A stretch of DNA of 64,000 nucleotides from NCBI GenBank assembly GCA_043228905.1, contig JBHGNT010000010.1, positions 16,864,001-16,928,000 on the forward strand, written 5' to 3'. Origin of the DNA: Azolla caroliniana. Lineage: Eukaryota > Plantae > Polypodiophyta. Positions 1 through 11,500 of this stretch are shown one piece after another (position 1 is the first letter of the stretch; every line of letters begins with the position of its first letter). A program made the position numbers and the translations under genes. The notes under the pieces were generated by a model. That model did not search any database and was not told the origin of the DNA. It was given only the letters and a program-made list of their open reading frames with translations.

Positions 1-1931
1 CATGTGGTGGTCGAGGAGCTTTAGGTGTTGAGCTATATAAAGCGGACTAACTACTGTTCCATTAGAACATCTTGAGACACTTAGGTGAGGCTAAGCTCTC
101 TTCATTGAGATCCATTATTTCAACAACTAAAGTGTAACATAAGGTAAGAATAGGTGGTTTGGGATACCAATAGTACTTTATGTTTGTTTCATGCCCTTTA
201 CTTGAGGGTGATGAGTGTGGTTAAGCCCCGCCTAATACATTCTTCTCCTTAATCTCTTATTCTTTTGTTCATCATTAGGTCAAGCCATAATAGTCACCAT
301 TAACATTTAGTTTGTTGATTTGAGAAAATGTTTCCAGTATACCAAGTGAGTATTGCATAGCATTCATGTTAAATGAGAATAACAAAGAATTTGACAGCAT
401 ATTAGTATAAAACATAAACTCTTGCATAAGTTTTAGTCATCTAATCCTTCTCCTTCTACAATGTTGTTTACTATTTCTTCTAGTTTATTAGTGCGGGGGA
501 GAGTGCACACCCTGCTTGATCCACATGTTGCTCAAGAAGTACTTTGAGAAACCATTGTCCAGTTGTAATTGGCATTGAGCTTCCTCATACAATTGTGCTC
601 AAGGCACATTACTCGATGTGTACGATGTTGACAATAAATTTTGGACACAAGATGCCAATCTCATGATCTATTCCATGTGAATGCTAGTTTTGGCAAGCAA
701 TGGTGGTGGATTGCATGTGGTAGTGACTTTAAAATACCAAAACTTTTCAAATGGGACATGTTTTTTCTGTGTATTGATTGGGGAGGATGTCCGATAATTT
801 ACACACACAATTGTTGAAGTGATTTGGGTTGTTAAATTGAAATTCTAGGCATCATTAACTGGAAACTTTTGTCAACCGTTTAAAGGGTTTTCATTGAAGG
901 ACCCTGATTTTTATCCTCTCATCAAACAAGGTTATGTTTGGCTGTCTTTGATATTGGGTATGTAGTTGAATTGAAGAATGAGAGATGTGTTTTTCAATGT
1001 ATCACATCATGTATGGAGGTGAAAGGAAAATTTATTTTGGTCGTTTTCACAATAAGCTCGATGAATTTATTGTCCTGGAATGAATTGCCTTAATGTCACT
1101 CGGTCTCATAACACATTAAAAGGTTTTCCTTCCAATAAGATCATCAGTATTGTAGTAGAGACAACAAGGGCTTTTTGTATTACCAGGTTGTTTTAATCAT
1201 TGTAACTTTGATTATTTTCAGTATTTGGATCTCTGAGATAATTGATGAATGTGAAATGTTTTACTTTTCATTGGGCAAAGTCAAATAGCCGAGTATAATC
1301 AGAGATTGAGATTGCAGTTCATTACTTTGCTATTTGCAAATGCATTGTCACAAGAGGAGGCACTCACTCGCACTTGTTATTCACCATATTCAGAACATTA
1401 TTTTTATTGTTGCTCAACATTAGGAAAGATGGAACAGTCATGATGCCTCATTATTTTGTAGATTTAATCTGTATTGTAATGGAACACAATATTGTTATCC
1501 TCCATGAACCTAAATGTTGGTCAAAGGAAGAGTCAAAGGAAGAATCAAAAGACCCAAGAAAGTGTATATATGACCAAATCAATTCAATTTAGTAATTTGA
1601 TTCACAAAATGCATATTCGCTTTTCTTAATCTTTAGACAATTTATTGAACCATCAGAAACAAGTCTCATATTTCCGTGACATTAAAGTGAATCAACAATA
1701 TGAAATTGTAAAGGTAAATTGTGGCATGACTTGGATTTTCGCCTTTGTTAAAAAGAATTAATTTAAATTTAAATTTGTACAGCAGTTTGCTTTATCTAAT
1801 TTATTGTCTTCTGGTACCCAAGGATTTTAATTCCTTCATTTTTTTTGGCAAATCTACAGCAAAGGCTTTCAGTGTCAATATATATAATTGTTTGTGAAAC
1901 ATCCAAGAAATTTATTTATGTCAAATGGTTG

Positions 1932-4301
1932 TCATCTTCCTGACAACAATATTTGAGTTTCAACAACGGATGCTTTTTGCACTCTCATGGCTTCAATGTT
2001 CTTTGCATCTTCCTCCATGCCGGCATCTGCAAAGATATTAGTCATACATATATAAGCTGAAGGATGTTTTTCATCCAACTGCATTGCATGTTCAAAGACT
2101 TGTTTGCCAAGATTTACAGCTCCCCACTTTCTACAAGCACCCAGTAAAGTGAGCCACACTGCAAGATCAGGACTTTCCGACATATTTCTTATCATTTCTA
2201 TGGCTCTCTCTAGTTGTCCGGCACGTCCAAATAGATCGATAATACAAGCATAATGCTCAAGAGATGGAACAATACCATAATCTTTGCTCATTCCCTCAAA
2301 GAATATTTGTCCCTTATCTACTAAACCCCTGTGATTGCACACATTAAGTAGTATAACATATGTGATGATATTTGGAACTGTGCCTTCTCCTATCATCTTT
2401 TCAAAAAGAAGGAACACATTTTCACTTTCGCCAAGTTGGGCATACCCTGCTATTAGGGAGTTCCAAGAGATTACGTCTCGCACTGGAAGTTTCTCAAAAA
2501 CCTCGCGTGCTTGTGGAAGCAAACCACACTTTGCATACATTGCAACCAAGGTGCCACCAGAAGCCAAGTCTCTTTTTAACCATTCTTGTCTAGAAATCAG
2601 AGCATGTGTTTCTAGGCCTTTTCTTACAGCTCCTATGCTTCCACAAGCTCTCAAACAACACAAAAATGTGACCGCATTTGGACAAATACCTTCAACTTGC
2701 ATTCTATTAAAAGAGTTCAGTGCTTCCTCACCATAGCCATGTTCCGCATAACCCAATATTAAGGTGGTCCATGTGACCACATCTTGAGAAGGAAGATTTT
2801 CAAACACTTCTCGAGCTTTTACAAGAAAACCACATTTGGCGTACATATCGATCAACCCACTTCCAACGACAAGATCCTTCCTTAATAATCCATTTTTCTC
2901 AACCTCTGCATGTATCTCTATGCCCTTGTCTATGGCTTTTACATTTCCACAAGCTTTTAAACAGCAAGAGAAGGTAATGGCATCAGGATGTATGTTCTTC
3001 GACCTCATTCTTTCATAACAGAGTAATGCTTTTTCACCATATCCATGCTCGGCATATCCTGCAATCAATGTATTCCATGTGTAGATGTTTTTGATGGGAA
3101 TCCTATCAAACACTTCCTGAGCTTCTGAAAGGAATCCACCTTTCACATACATATCCAATAATGAGCTTCCAATTCTAACATCCTTTTCTAACAAACCCCT
3201 TCTTGCAACTTCAGCATGAATTTCTCGGCCTTTGTTTGTCGCACCTATGCTACTACAAGCTTTGAAGCTACAAATAAAAGTAACTGAATTAGGAATGATA
3301 CTACCAAGTTGCATTTGTTCAAGACATTTTAACGCTTCTTCACCATAACCATGTTTTGCATATCCTGCAATAAGGGCATTCCAAGAGACAACATTTTGAA
3401 CTGGAAGTTCATCAAATACTTTTTGCGCCTTTTCAAGCACGCCACATTTAGCATACATACTAACTAATGAATTCCCAACAACAGCTTCTTTCTCCAACAA
3501 CCCTCTTTTAGAAGCATCAATATGTATGTGGTGCCCTTCTTTAAGATCCTTGAGTTCACCACAAGCTTTCAGCAAGGCAGCATAAACACGTGGACTAAGG
3601 TTTGAGGTATCATTTTCTGGCATTTTTCGGTAGAGAATGAGTGCTTTCCGAGGCTCACCATATCTAACATACCCTGTTATGAGCAAATTCCATAAACCAG
3701 TGTCTCGATAAAACATTCTTGAAAATACATATTCTGCATCACACATATGACCCACCTCACTGAGCAGCCAAATAAGATGATGTCCTAGTATTGGGTGATT
3801 TTCAATCCCATTCTTACGCATATATCCATACAGTCTTGATGCATATGATGGGCTCTTTTTCTTTCTGCATTTCTGTAATATGTTTGTAATTTCCTTAACC
3901 AAAGTTTGGGGAGACAGACGAATTCCTTTCTCTAAAAGGGAAATTGATCCTTCTAAGCTAAGGTTCTCCCAATTTGTAGGATTTTCTTCATCCACCACAT
4001 CCTGATGTGCCCTGTTTGTTTTCACTATAACTTGTTCCTCCATTGATGTAGGCACTGTCAATGCATTTCTACAACAATCCATGGATTTCTCCAAAGATGG
4101 AGCTAAATCATTCCCATGGTTTTGGCTGCTTTGAACAATTTGATTACTATTGCTTTGATCTAATGAGGAAAGCCTCATACAAATTTGCGTGGTGTGAGGG
4201 GAGCTTACTCTGTTTCTGCAGGGAAGCTCAGACGGTGTTCTGGGCAGTGATAGAGAGGAAGACGATCCTTGCACTGACAAGCTTCCATGAAGGAGCATCA
4301 T
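1932..4301 (-). CDS. PLS-class pentatricopeptide repeat protein with C-terminal E domain and no DYW; probable organellar RNA-editing factor
   Basis: Intronless 789-aa ORF with repeated P/L/S motifs (VVSWNALIAGYAKHG, LVSMYAKCG, PNSVTF..CLKAC). It ends in SLEHYACIIDLFGRAG and an E domain (VWLTLLGACRKWG...AYICMTNIFADAG). The N-terminus is Ser-rich and transit-peptide-like. Confidence 0.95.
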   Translation of the reverse strand: MMLLHGSLSVQGSSSSLSLPRTPSELPCRNRVSSPHTTQICMRLSSLDQSNSNQIVQSSQNHGNDLAPSLEKSMDCCRNALTVPTSMEEQVIVKTNRAHQDVVDEENPTNWENLSLEGSISLLEKGIRLSPQTLVKEITNILQKCRKKKSPSYASRLYGYMRKNGIENHPILGHHLIWLLSEVGHMCDAEYVFSRMFYRDTGLWNLLITGYVRYGEPRKALILYRKMPENDTSNLSPRVYAALLKACGELKDLKEGHHIHIDASKRGLLEKEAVVGNSLVSMYAKCGVLEKAQKVFDELPVQNVVSWNALIAGYAKHGYGEEALKCLEQMQLGSIIPNSVTFICSFKACSSIGATNKGREIHAEVARRGLLEKDVRIGSSLLDMYVKGGFLSEAQEVFDRIPIKNIYTWNTLIAGYAEHGYGEKALLCYERMRSKNIHPDAITFSCCLKACGNVKAIDKGIEIHAEVEKNGLLRKDLVVGSGLIDMYAKCGFLVKAREVFENLPSQDVVTWTTLILGYAEHGYGEEALNSFNRMQVEGICPNAVTFLCCLRACGSIGAVRKGLETHALISRQEWLKRDLASGGTLVAMYAKCGLLPQAREVFEKLPVRDVISWNSLIAGYAQLGESENVFLLFEKMIGEGTVPNIITYVILLNVCNHRGLVDKGQIFFEGMSKDYGIVPSLEHYACIIDLFGRAGQLERAIEMIRNMSESPDLAVWLTLLGACRKWGAVNLGKQVFEHAMQLDEKHPSAYICMTNIFADAGMEEDAKNIEAMRVQKASVVETQILLSGR

Positions 4302-5899
4302 AGCACATGGAAATTAATAATGGAGCTGAGAAATTGTGGAGGCTTTTGTTCTCGTGCGCTGCAAAACCCTAAATAGTAGAGAATTTGACCACAGATATGG
4401 CCCTCTAGTGTTGGGCATTCTCGCAAAACAACTCTCCCCTCTATATATGAAGAAGTTCAAAGGCATTCTTATGTGGAATTTCTGTTAGAGTATGTGGGGA
4501 TCATTTCATGAACTGCATATAATATTTCAGGTTTTCTATTGGCTTTTTTAGAGGACTTCCCTCTCCCTACATATAGATAGCTAGGTAGAGGAGAGACTAA
4601 GAAGATTTTATATACAATTAATAGTATTTTGTGCTTTTCTTTACCATAAGAAGTAAACAAGAGACAACTAATTTGGTAAGGTTGTCCAATGGAGACCATA
4701 AGGTCATGGGTTCAACCCCCTGCATTTCAAAGTGGCATTTAATAAATTAAGAGGATATGTATGGAGTAATAGCTAAGTGAGAAATTTGGGTGTCAAACCC
4801 AATATGTAGTAGGGCTAGTGGTCTAACAAGGTAAGCTAACTCTAGTGTGTGAGATAGAGAGAGAGAGAAATATTAACGTCTTGAGACCAAGTTTAGTTGA
4901 AATTTACATTACCTATGTGAAAAAAAATCAAAAGCTTACTTTTCCTAAATATTCATGATAATGGTCTTGGTGCACAATGTGGCTTTACAATTGGTAATTA
5001 TCCATGACATTGGTCAACAAGCATGAAGTGCATCACTGTCATGTCTTGGATGAATACCAGTGCAGGGACATGGTGTGGTAGAACAAGACAAAGATCTCTA
5101 GTGACGAGGTGATGGTTCCAACACCCACTATCTTTGTTGGCATCATCATTTCTTTGATGGCAAAATGTTGATTCATCAACATGGTGGTAGTGTAGGCACA
5201 CGCCTATTGATGACGATATTGATGTGTGAAGGATAGATTTGTTGTGGTTCAAAAGCTTGAGGTAGGCTTTGCCAAATTGATGTAGGCCAACCTTCCCCAT
5301 AACCTATCGAATGGTAGTGTTACATGTACTCAACGAAGAATGACATACTTCTCTATAAAGTATTTATAAGTCAAGCTTTTGCATACAAAGTGATTGTCAC
5401 TCTTGACCTCTCTTTCCATACCTTACTAAACTAGTGAGCCCTAGGTATTCAAAGGTTTCATCTTTCTTTCATCTATAATTGGTGGGAGAAAACTCTCAGT
5501 CAACCCATTGCTTTGTGAGCGATGTGGGACATGTACCTTTATATAGCTATGGATCCATCTGGTAAGAGCTTGTGAATGTCTAAGTGGGAAGAGGCTCTCG
5601 ATGTATGATCCATCAATATTCTTCCAATACCTTGTTCCTTCTAGAGGTTTAGGATCTCATGAGAGTGGAAAGTTCTTGATGCCATAGCCCTTGTTGTAGA
5701 CCCACCTAATGAGAACCATGATTCTCCTCCATCTTCTAATGTTGGCATTTCCTCAATGTGCTGAAGGCTTACGTTTGAGGTCACATCAAGAGAGAAAAGA
5801 AGACTTGTATTGTAAAAGATAATACATTAAGTATTTTGAGATATTGTAATTTTGGGGGGGTATTTTGATCAATTTCCGTTGACATGAGGTAGTGATTGG

Positions 5900-6464
5900 T
5901 GTTGGGAAACAAGTTCCTCCGAATGGGAAGAGCACGAACTGGATCAACTGGAGTTGATAGGATAGGTAACTCAATCGACAACCGAAAAATTGACAACTGG
6001 AATTGTGTAAATAGCCAACTCGGGAGACTATAATTTGTAAATAGTCTAAGTGTGCACCCCATGAGGGCTACGCATGTAAATAACTAGAAAGTTGCGTAAG
6101 TATATATGCAACTAGGGCAAACTCTTAGTGTGTAAAAAAAGAGTAAAAAGAATAGAGTTAGAACTGTAGAATAGAACAGTGTGTAGAGAGAGAGAGTGTG
6201 TGTGTGTGAGAGAGCCGCGCCATAGTTGTGTGTGTAACATCAGACGTGAAGAGCCCTGTGCGGCTGATGCACTCGACAAAGTGTTGTATTCCTCTCGGTA
6301 TTGTATATCCATTAGACATAGTGAAGAATTTGTTCCCATGGTTTTCCCCGTTTTAGGGTTTCCACGTAAATCTCTGTGTACATTTGTTATCCTATCTTTC
6401 TAGTGTATTTTATGTAATTCGTATTTCAACGCGTAGTTCGTTTATTGTGACCTATTCCGCAACG
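5900..6464 (+). repeat. 5' LTR of the copia element (apparently chimeric; 3' boundary approximate)
   Basis: The first ~90 bp align with the 3' LTR at 19944. The rest shares motifs with the solo LTR at 21973-22520 (AGCCAACTCGGGAGACTATA, CCCCATGAGGGCTA, AACTAGGGCAAAC). Confidence 0.75.
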
Positions 6465-8098
6465 ATTACTCAACATCTATCCCTAGAGATGGTGAAGTCG
6501 AGCTTGTTAAACGAGGAAGCTCGCCGGAAGGACAAAGAGTCCATTTCCGACCCAAAGGCCTTAGTCACAGAAGGTGACATAAACCGAGGGAGAGGCTGGA
6601 ATAGAAGTCCCCAGAATCGGGACAAGTCCAGACCGAGGTCAAAGTCGAAGGGAAGGCCCACGTGCTTCTAATGTGGGAAGCAAGGACACTTCTAGAAGAA
6701 CTATTGACATTGTCAAAAGGACAAAGGGGGAGATGATGGTGTTGAACCGAAGAAGATTCTAGACATCAAGGACACCTCAGCCATCGTCGCGACTCAAGAA
6801 GAGCTTCTGTTCATTAGTGAACAGAACAATGTAAATCTCTTTGGCGAAGAATCGACATGGGTGATCGATTCCGGTGTGTCGTTTCACCTGACCCCCAATA
6901 GAGAATGTTTCTCATCGTATACGTGCGGTGACTATGGCTACGTGAAGATGGGAAATGATGGTGCATGCAAGATCGTCGGAATTGGGAATGTATGGTTGTT
7001 GATCTCGATAGGCTGCAGAATGATGTTGAAGGATATGCGCCATGTTCCGAATATCACATTAAATCTTATATCGGCTGAACAGCTCGATGGTGAAGGTTAT
7101 AGTGGTAACTTCTGAAGCGGCACACACTAGAAATTTTGCAAAGGGAACATGATCGTGACTCGGGCTAAGAAGCCAAATATATTATACATGATGCATGCGC
7201 GGCTGATCCGAAACAAGGTAAACGTAACAACTGAAACAACTGAAGATTTGTGGCATAAGAGGTTGTGCCACATGAGTTAGAAGGGAATACAAATGCTAGC
7301 CGAAAAAGAACTCTTGCCAAACTAGGTGAAGAATGTGCATCTAGATAAATGTGTCGACTGCCTGGTCGAAAAACAAAACAGGGTTGCCTTTCGCCCTAGG
7401 CCTCCAATGAGGACGAAGAATGCACTAGAACTTGTGCATACGGATGTGTGCTAGTTGATGCAAAGTCACATACCGATGCATAATACTTTGTGACTTTCAT
7501 TGATGACTATAGCCGGAAGTTGTGGGTTTCCACATTGAAGACAAAGGACTAGGTGTTGTCCGTCTTCAAAGAGTTCCAAGCGAGGGCCGAAAGGGAATCC
7601 ATACAGAAGCTAAAAGTGGTCCAGACCGATAATGGAGGCGAATACAGAGGGCAATTCAAAGAGTATTGCAAATCATTGAATGGGCTCAGTGCCAAAGACA
7701 CTGGAATTGAACGGGCTAGCTGAAAGAATGAACTGGACTATTATGAAAAGAGTCGGAAGTATGCTGGCACATGCAAAGTTGTCGAAGATATATTGGGCCG
7801 AGGCGTTGATGACAATCGTTTACATGTAAGACGTATACGAATGGTACCAAACAGTGTCTAGGTCTCCCTCGGTACTACTAGACGGTGACATACCATAAAG
7901 GGTGTGGTTCGACAAGGAAGTGTCATACTGGCATCTGAGGGTGTTCGATTGCCTGGCCTATGTGCATATAGCTAAGGACCAGAGGGGGAAATTTGATCCC
8001 AAGAGCCGACTATGTCTATTTCTTGGCTACGACGAAGACGAATTCGGGTATCACCTATGAGACCAAATCGACAAGAAGGTGATTAGGAGTCGAGATAT
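6465..8098 (+). pseudogene. copia gag C-terminal half, protease and integrase pseudogene
   Basis: ORF fragments 6384-6671 and 6861-7115 plus further decayed motifs. The gypsy insertion splits the motif KKVIRSRDI|IFMEEK. Confidence 0.9.
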
Positions 8099-8518
8099 TG
8101 TTACCGGCCGGCAAGGAGTCCAAAATACGGAGTGAAGGAATTAATTAGATATGGTTGTAAATGAGCATAGTGTGGACGGACGGACTGGAAACGGTATGCC
8201 GTTCCAGATCCGGACGGATCCCGAATAGGTGCGAGAAGCACCGTTTTGTACTACGGGTCGGAAACCTATTTAAAAGGCCGGACCCTGTTGTAATGACAGC
8301 GGATAATTAATAGAGATTATGATGTTTATACTTCTGTCTTGATTTCCGTTCTGTAATCACTGTTATATCTTACGCGTGTAATTAACCGAAGCAATCTAAT
8401 CGTGTAACTTACGTAAGTCGGTGTAATCGTTGAATCTTAATCCTATGCCATAATCACCCTTTGGTGAAGTGTCTCCGTGACACCTTGTGTTAGGCCTTGT
8501 CCGGCTAAGCGAATAACA
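8099..8518 (+). repeat. 5' LTR of the gypsy element (420 bp)
   Basis: Matches 17494-17913 except G8229/A17624 and A8450/G17845. TATA-like CTATTTAAAA near 8266. Confidence 0.97.
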
Positions 8519-8524
8519 CAGTTT

Positions 8525-8537
8525 TGGCGACCACGAT
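8525..8537 (+). promoter_or_regulatory. Primer-binding site TGGCGACCACGAT, probably for a tRNA-Arg (UCG or CCG isoacceptor)
   Basis: Begins with TGG 6 nt after the 5' LTR. It is complementary to a tRNA ending ...GTGGTCGCCA; tRNA identity is from recall. Confidence 0.7.
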
Positions 8538-8569
8538 TCCTGCTTTCTCGCAGCGAACGACGGTAATGG

Positions 8570-11500
8570 ATGACTAGACCAACGCACGACTTGGTCACAG
8601 ACCGAGCTCGACGCATCGCCGAACGGCAAAGACGGCGTGAGACTTTCCAGCAAGCAGCGCAGGAAATTCGCTCGGATCGTTCGTTCTCCAACGAGATCCG
8701 GAGAGTCGCGGAGGAATCTCTCCGGTTACGGCAAACTCGCGACCAGGACGACGGAAGCAGTCTAAGTAGTCTCCGGGAAACCGAACGACTCCTGGAGGCG
8801 CTGGCAAGCGGAGAAAACGAGGCAGAAGCCTTTTCAGCCTACGAATCAGATTCCGAAGGGGGATACAGCGTGCACACGAACTACCGGAGCAGCAACGATA
8901 CCCCCGGCGGCCCGGAAGACGACGGATCGGATACCGTGCCGACTCCAGAACCGGAACCGCTCAACCAGGGCTATCCGGAACCGCAAACGGAAGCCGTCAA
9001 GCCACCAACACCAACGAAAGAGCCGGCAAAGGTACCGGAAGAAGAGCCGGAAAAAGAACCGGAAAAAGGACCGGCAAAAGAACCGGAAGTGGAACCGGAG
9101 AAAGACCCGGAAAAATATCAACAAACGCCACTAAACCGCGACTTAATACTGGACGACGACATGCCGTTCCAATACTCAAAGTACCGCGATGATCCGGATG
9201 CGGAAGCGCATGTGGATGACTTCGAGCAGACATGGGAAGCAAATCACACGTCCCAGCGAATGACACCGGAGGAAGAAGAACGCTCGAAGATAGCGGAATT
9301 CGGAGTCACGTTGGAGGGACCAGCGACACGATGGCGGCGGTCGCAGGACCCGGCGACCATCACAACATTTGCAGAATTAAAAGCAAAATTCTTGCATTTT
9401 TTCCACAAGGAGGTCGACCAGACGACAATGGTGGGCCTGTTTTATACGATCCGACAGGAGGCAGGGGAAAGCATTCCCCAATTCGTCATCCGTTTCCAAC
9501 GAATGCATAGCCAGCTTGCCCGTGCACCCCCGGAGGAGGAATTACGGACGATATTTTTAAACGCACTCCGGGAACCGTTACGCACGGTGTGTACGGTAAT
9601 CGACTTTCGAGGATGCACCATCGACCAGGTCATTGACCGGGTCAGAGAAATGGAAAAGACAAGCTCATGGCTTACGCTGGGAACACTGCAACGGGCGTTA
9701 CCCACCGAGGAAGATCTCCGGTTCCGGCAGGCAATTCAATGCACAATCTGCTTGAATGCCGGACACTCGGCAGTAGAGTGCACCATGCGCACTCAGTGTG
9801 TGATTTGTCAATCCAAGAGTCATACAACGGACCGGTGCGAGTACAACCTGTTAAATCGACAAGCACCACCCGTCCGACGGATCGAGCCAAGAAGCAGCCG
9901 AGACGAAGATGACGATCGTTGGCAAAGAGGGAACCGGTACCCACCGGCACAAGATGTCCGGTACGGAGACAGGCAAGAGAATGATGGCCGGTACGGGAAT
10001 CGGCGTGATAACTACGACCGGTATGAGCGATCGGACCGTTATCGAGAGCCCAACAGGCGACACGAGCAATACGACAGAGACCATTCCCCTGGTTACCGAA
10101 GGCACCAGGAGGACTACGGCCGATGTTACGATCCACCACGGCCGGACTACCGAAATAAACATAAGAATAATAAGAAACGTAACTTCAAGAAAGGTGGTCA
10201 CCCTAGGGACCCGGAACATGGAATCCCAAGGGGCCAACCGGCACAGAACGCACCACTCGCTACGGGACCAACTCCGGCTACCAGCAATGCTGAATCCAGC
10301 AATACCCGTAAAGAGTACTGCTACTACTGCAGGCAGGAAGGCCACTACAGTAACCAGTGCCCGGTAAAGAGCTACGAGAAACGACCAGCAGTTAATATGG
10401 TGGTTCCGGAAGTGGCGGATTTACAGCAAGTAACCACACGGTCGAAAGGCATGGCCAAAGAATGGGAAACACAAGAGGCCATACGAAAACAGGCGACGGA
10501 ATGGGTGAAGGAAGCCAATGAAAGAAACGTCGCGGACGCGGAACGGCAAAAGGCGAAGACCATAGGGAGTGCCGGCGGTAGCCACCCAGAAAACGAGACA
10601 TGGCAAGCACTACAAGAATGTCAGATCACGTTACCACTAGGAAGACTCTTGCAGCTCGTGCCGCGATTTACGGAAGGGCTAAAAACGGGCATGACAGACG
10701 GCATAGCCCCACCGGCACCAGTCCTCTTCTCGAACCCGGAGGAAGGACCGACTGTGGTGGACACTAGTAGTCCGGCGATTACAGCTATTGTCAAAGGGCA
10801 CGAACTTCCCGGCACGGTAATCGATGGAGGTTCCGGGGTGAACGTAATAAGCCTCCGTACGTGTGATGCCTTGGGAATACATGAATGGGAGCCATGCCCG
10901 TTCTGGCTACGGATGGCGGATACGAGTTCGGTACGACCGACGGGTTTAATACGGAAATTGGAAGTCACCATAGGAGGCCACACATTTCACATCTCGGCTG
11001 TAGTGCTGCAGCTACAGGCGCAAGGCGCGTACCCACTGTTGCTGGGCAGACCATGGTTGAAAACTGCACACATCAAGCAAAATTGGCGGAAAAATATGAT
11101 CACCTTCCGGCGCGGAAAAGCCAAGGTCCGGGTTCCGACACAACCACGGACGAGCAACGGTAAGGAATGCACACCGCTGTACGCGGAATGTGTGAACATG
11201 CTTGAAGGATTGGCAGACGACGAAGAAGCCCGGTACTTGGAGGAACATCCGAAGATCATACCACTCTTCGAGATTGACGTAGCTGAAGCCGTAGCCGCAT
11301 ACTTGCCGCAGCGGGACGACACCGAAGCCGAACCAGACAAAGATGCGATTCGGGAATTACGGCAAGCACAGGAAGCGTTGGAACGGGAAATGGCCGTTTC
11401 CCAACGGGTAAAAGCATCCCAGCTCGACGAAGTGAACCTAGGAAGCAAAGACGAATCAAAACCGGTACACATCGCCAAAGAAATGAAGCCGGAAGATAAA

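Noticed and set aside
4950-5780. Possible old transposon or gene remnant (100-aa ORF at 4998-5300)
   Set aside because: No motif or boundary that I could support.
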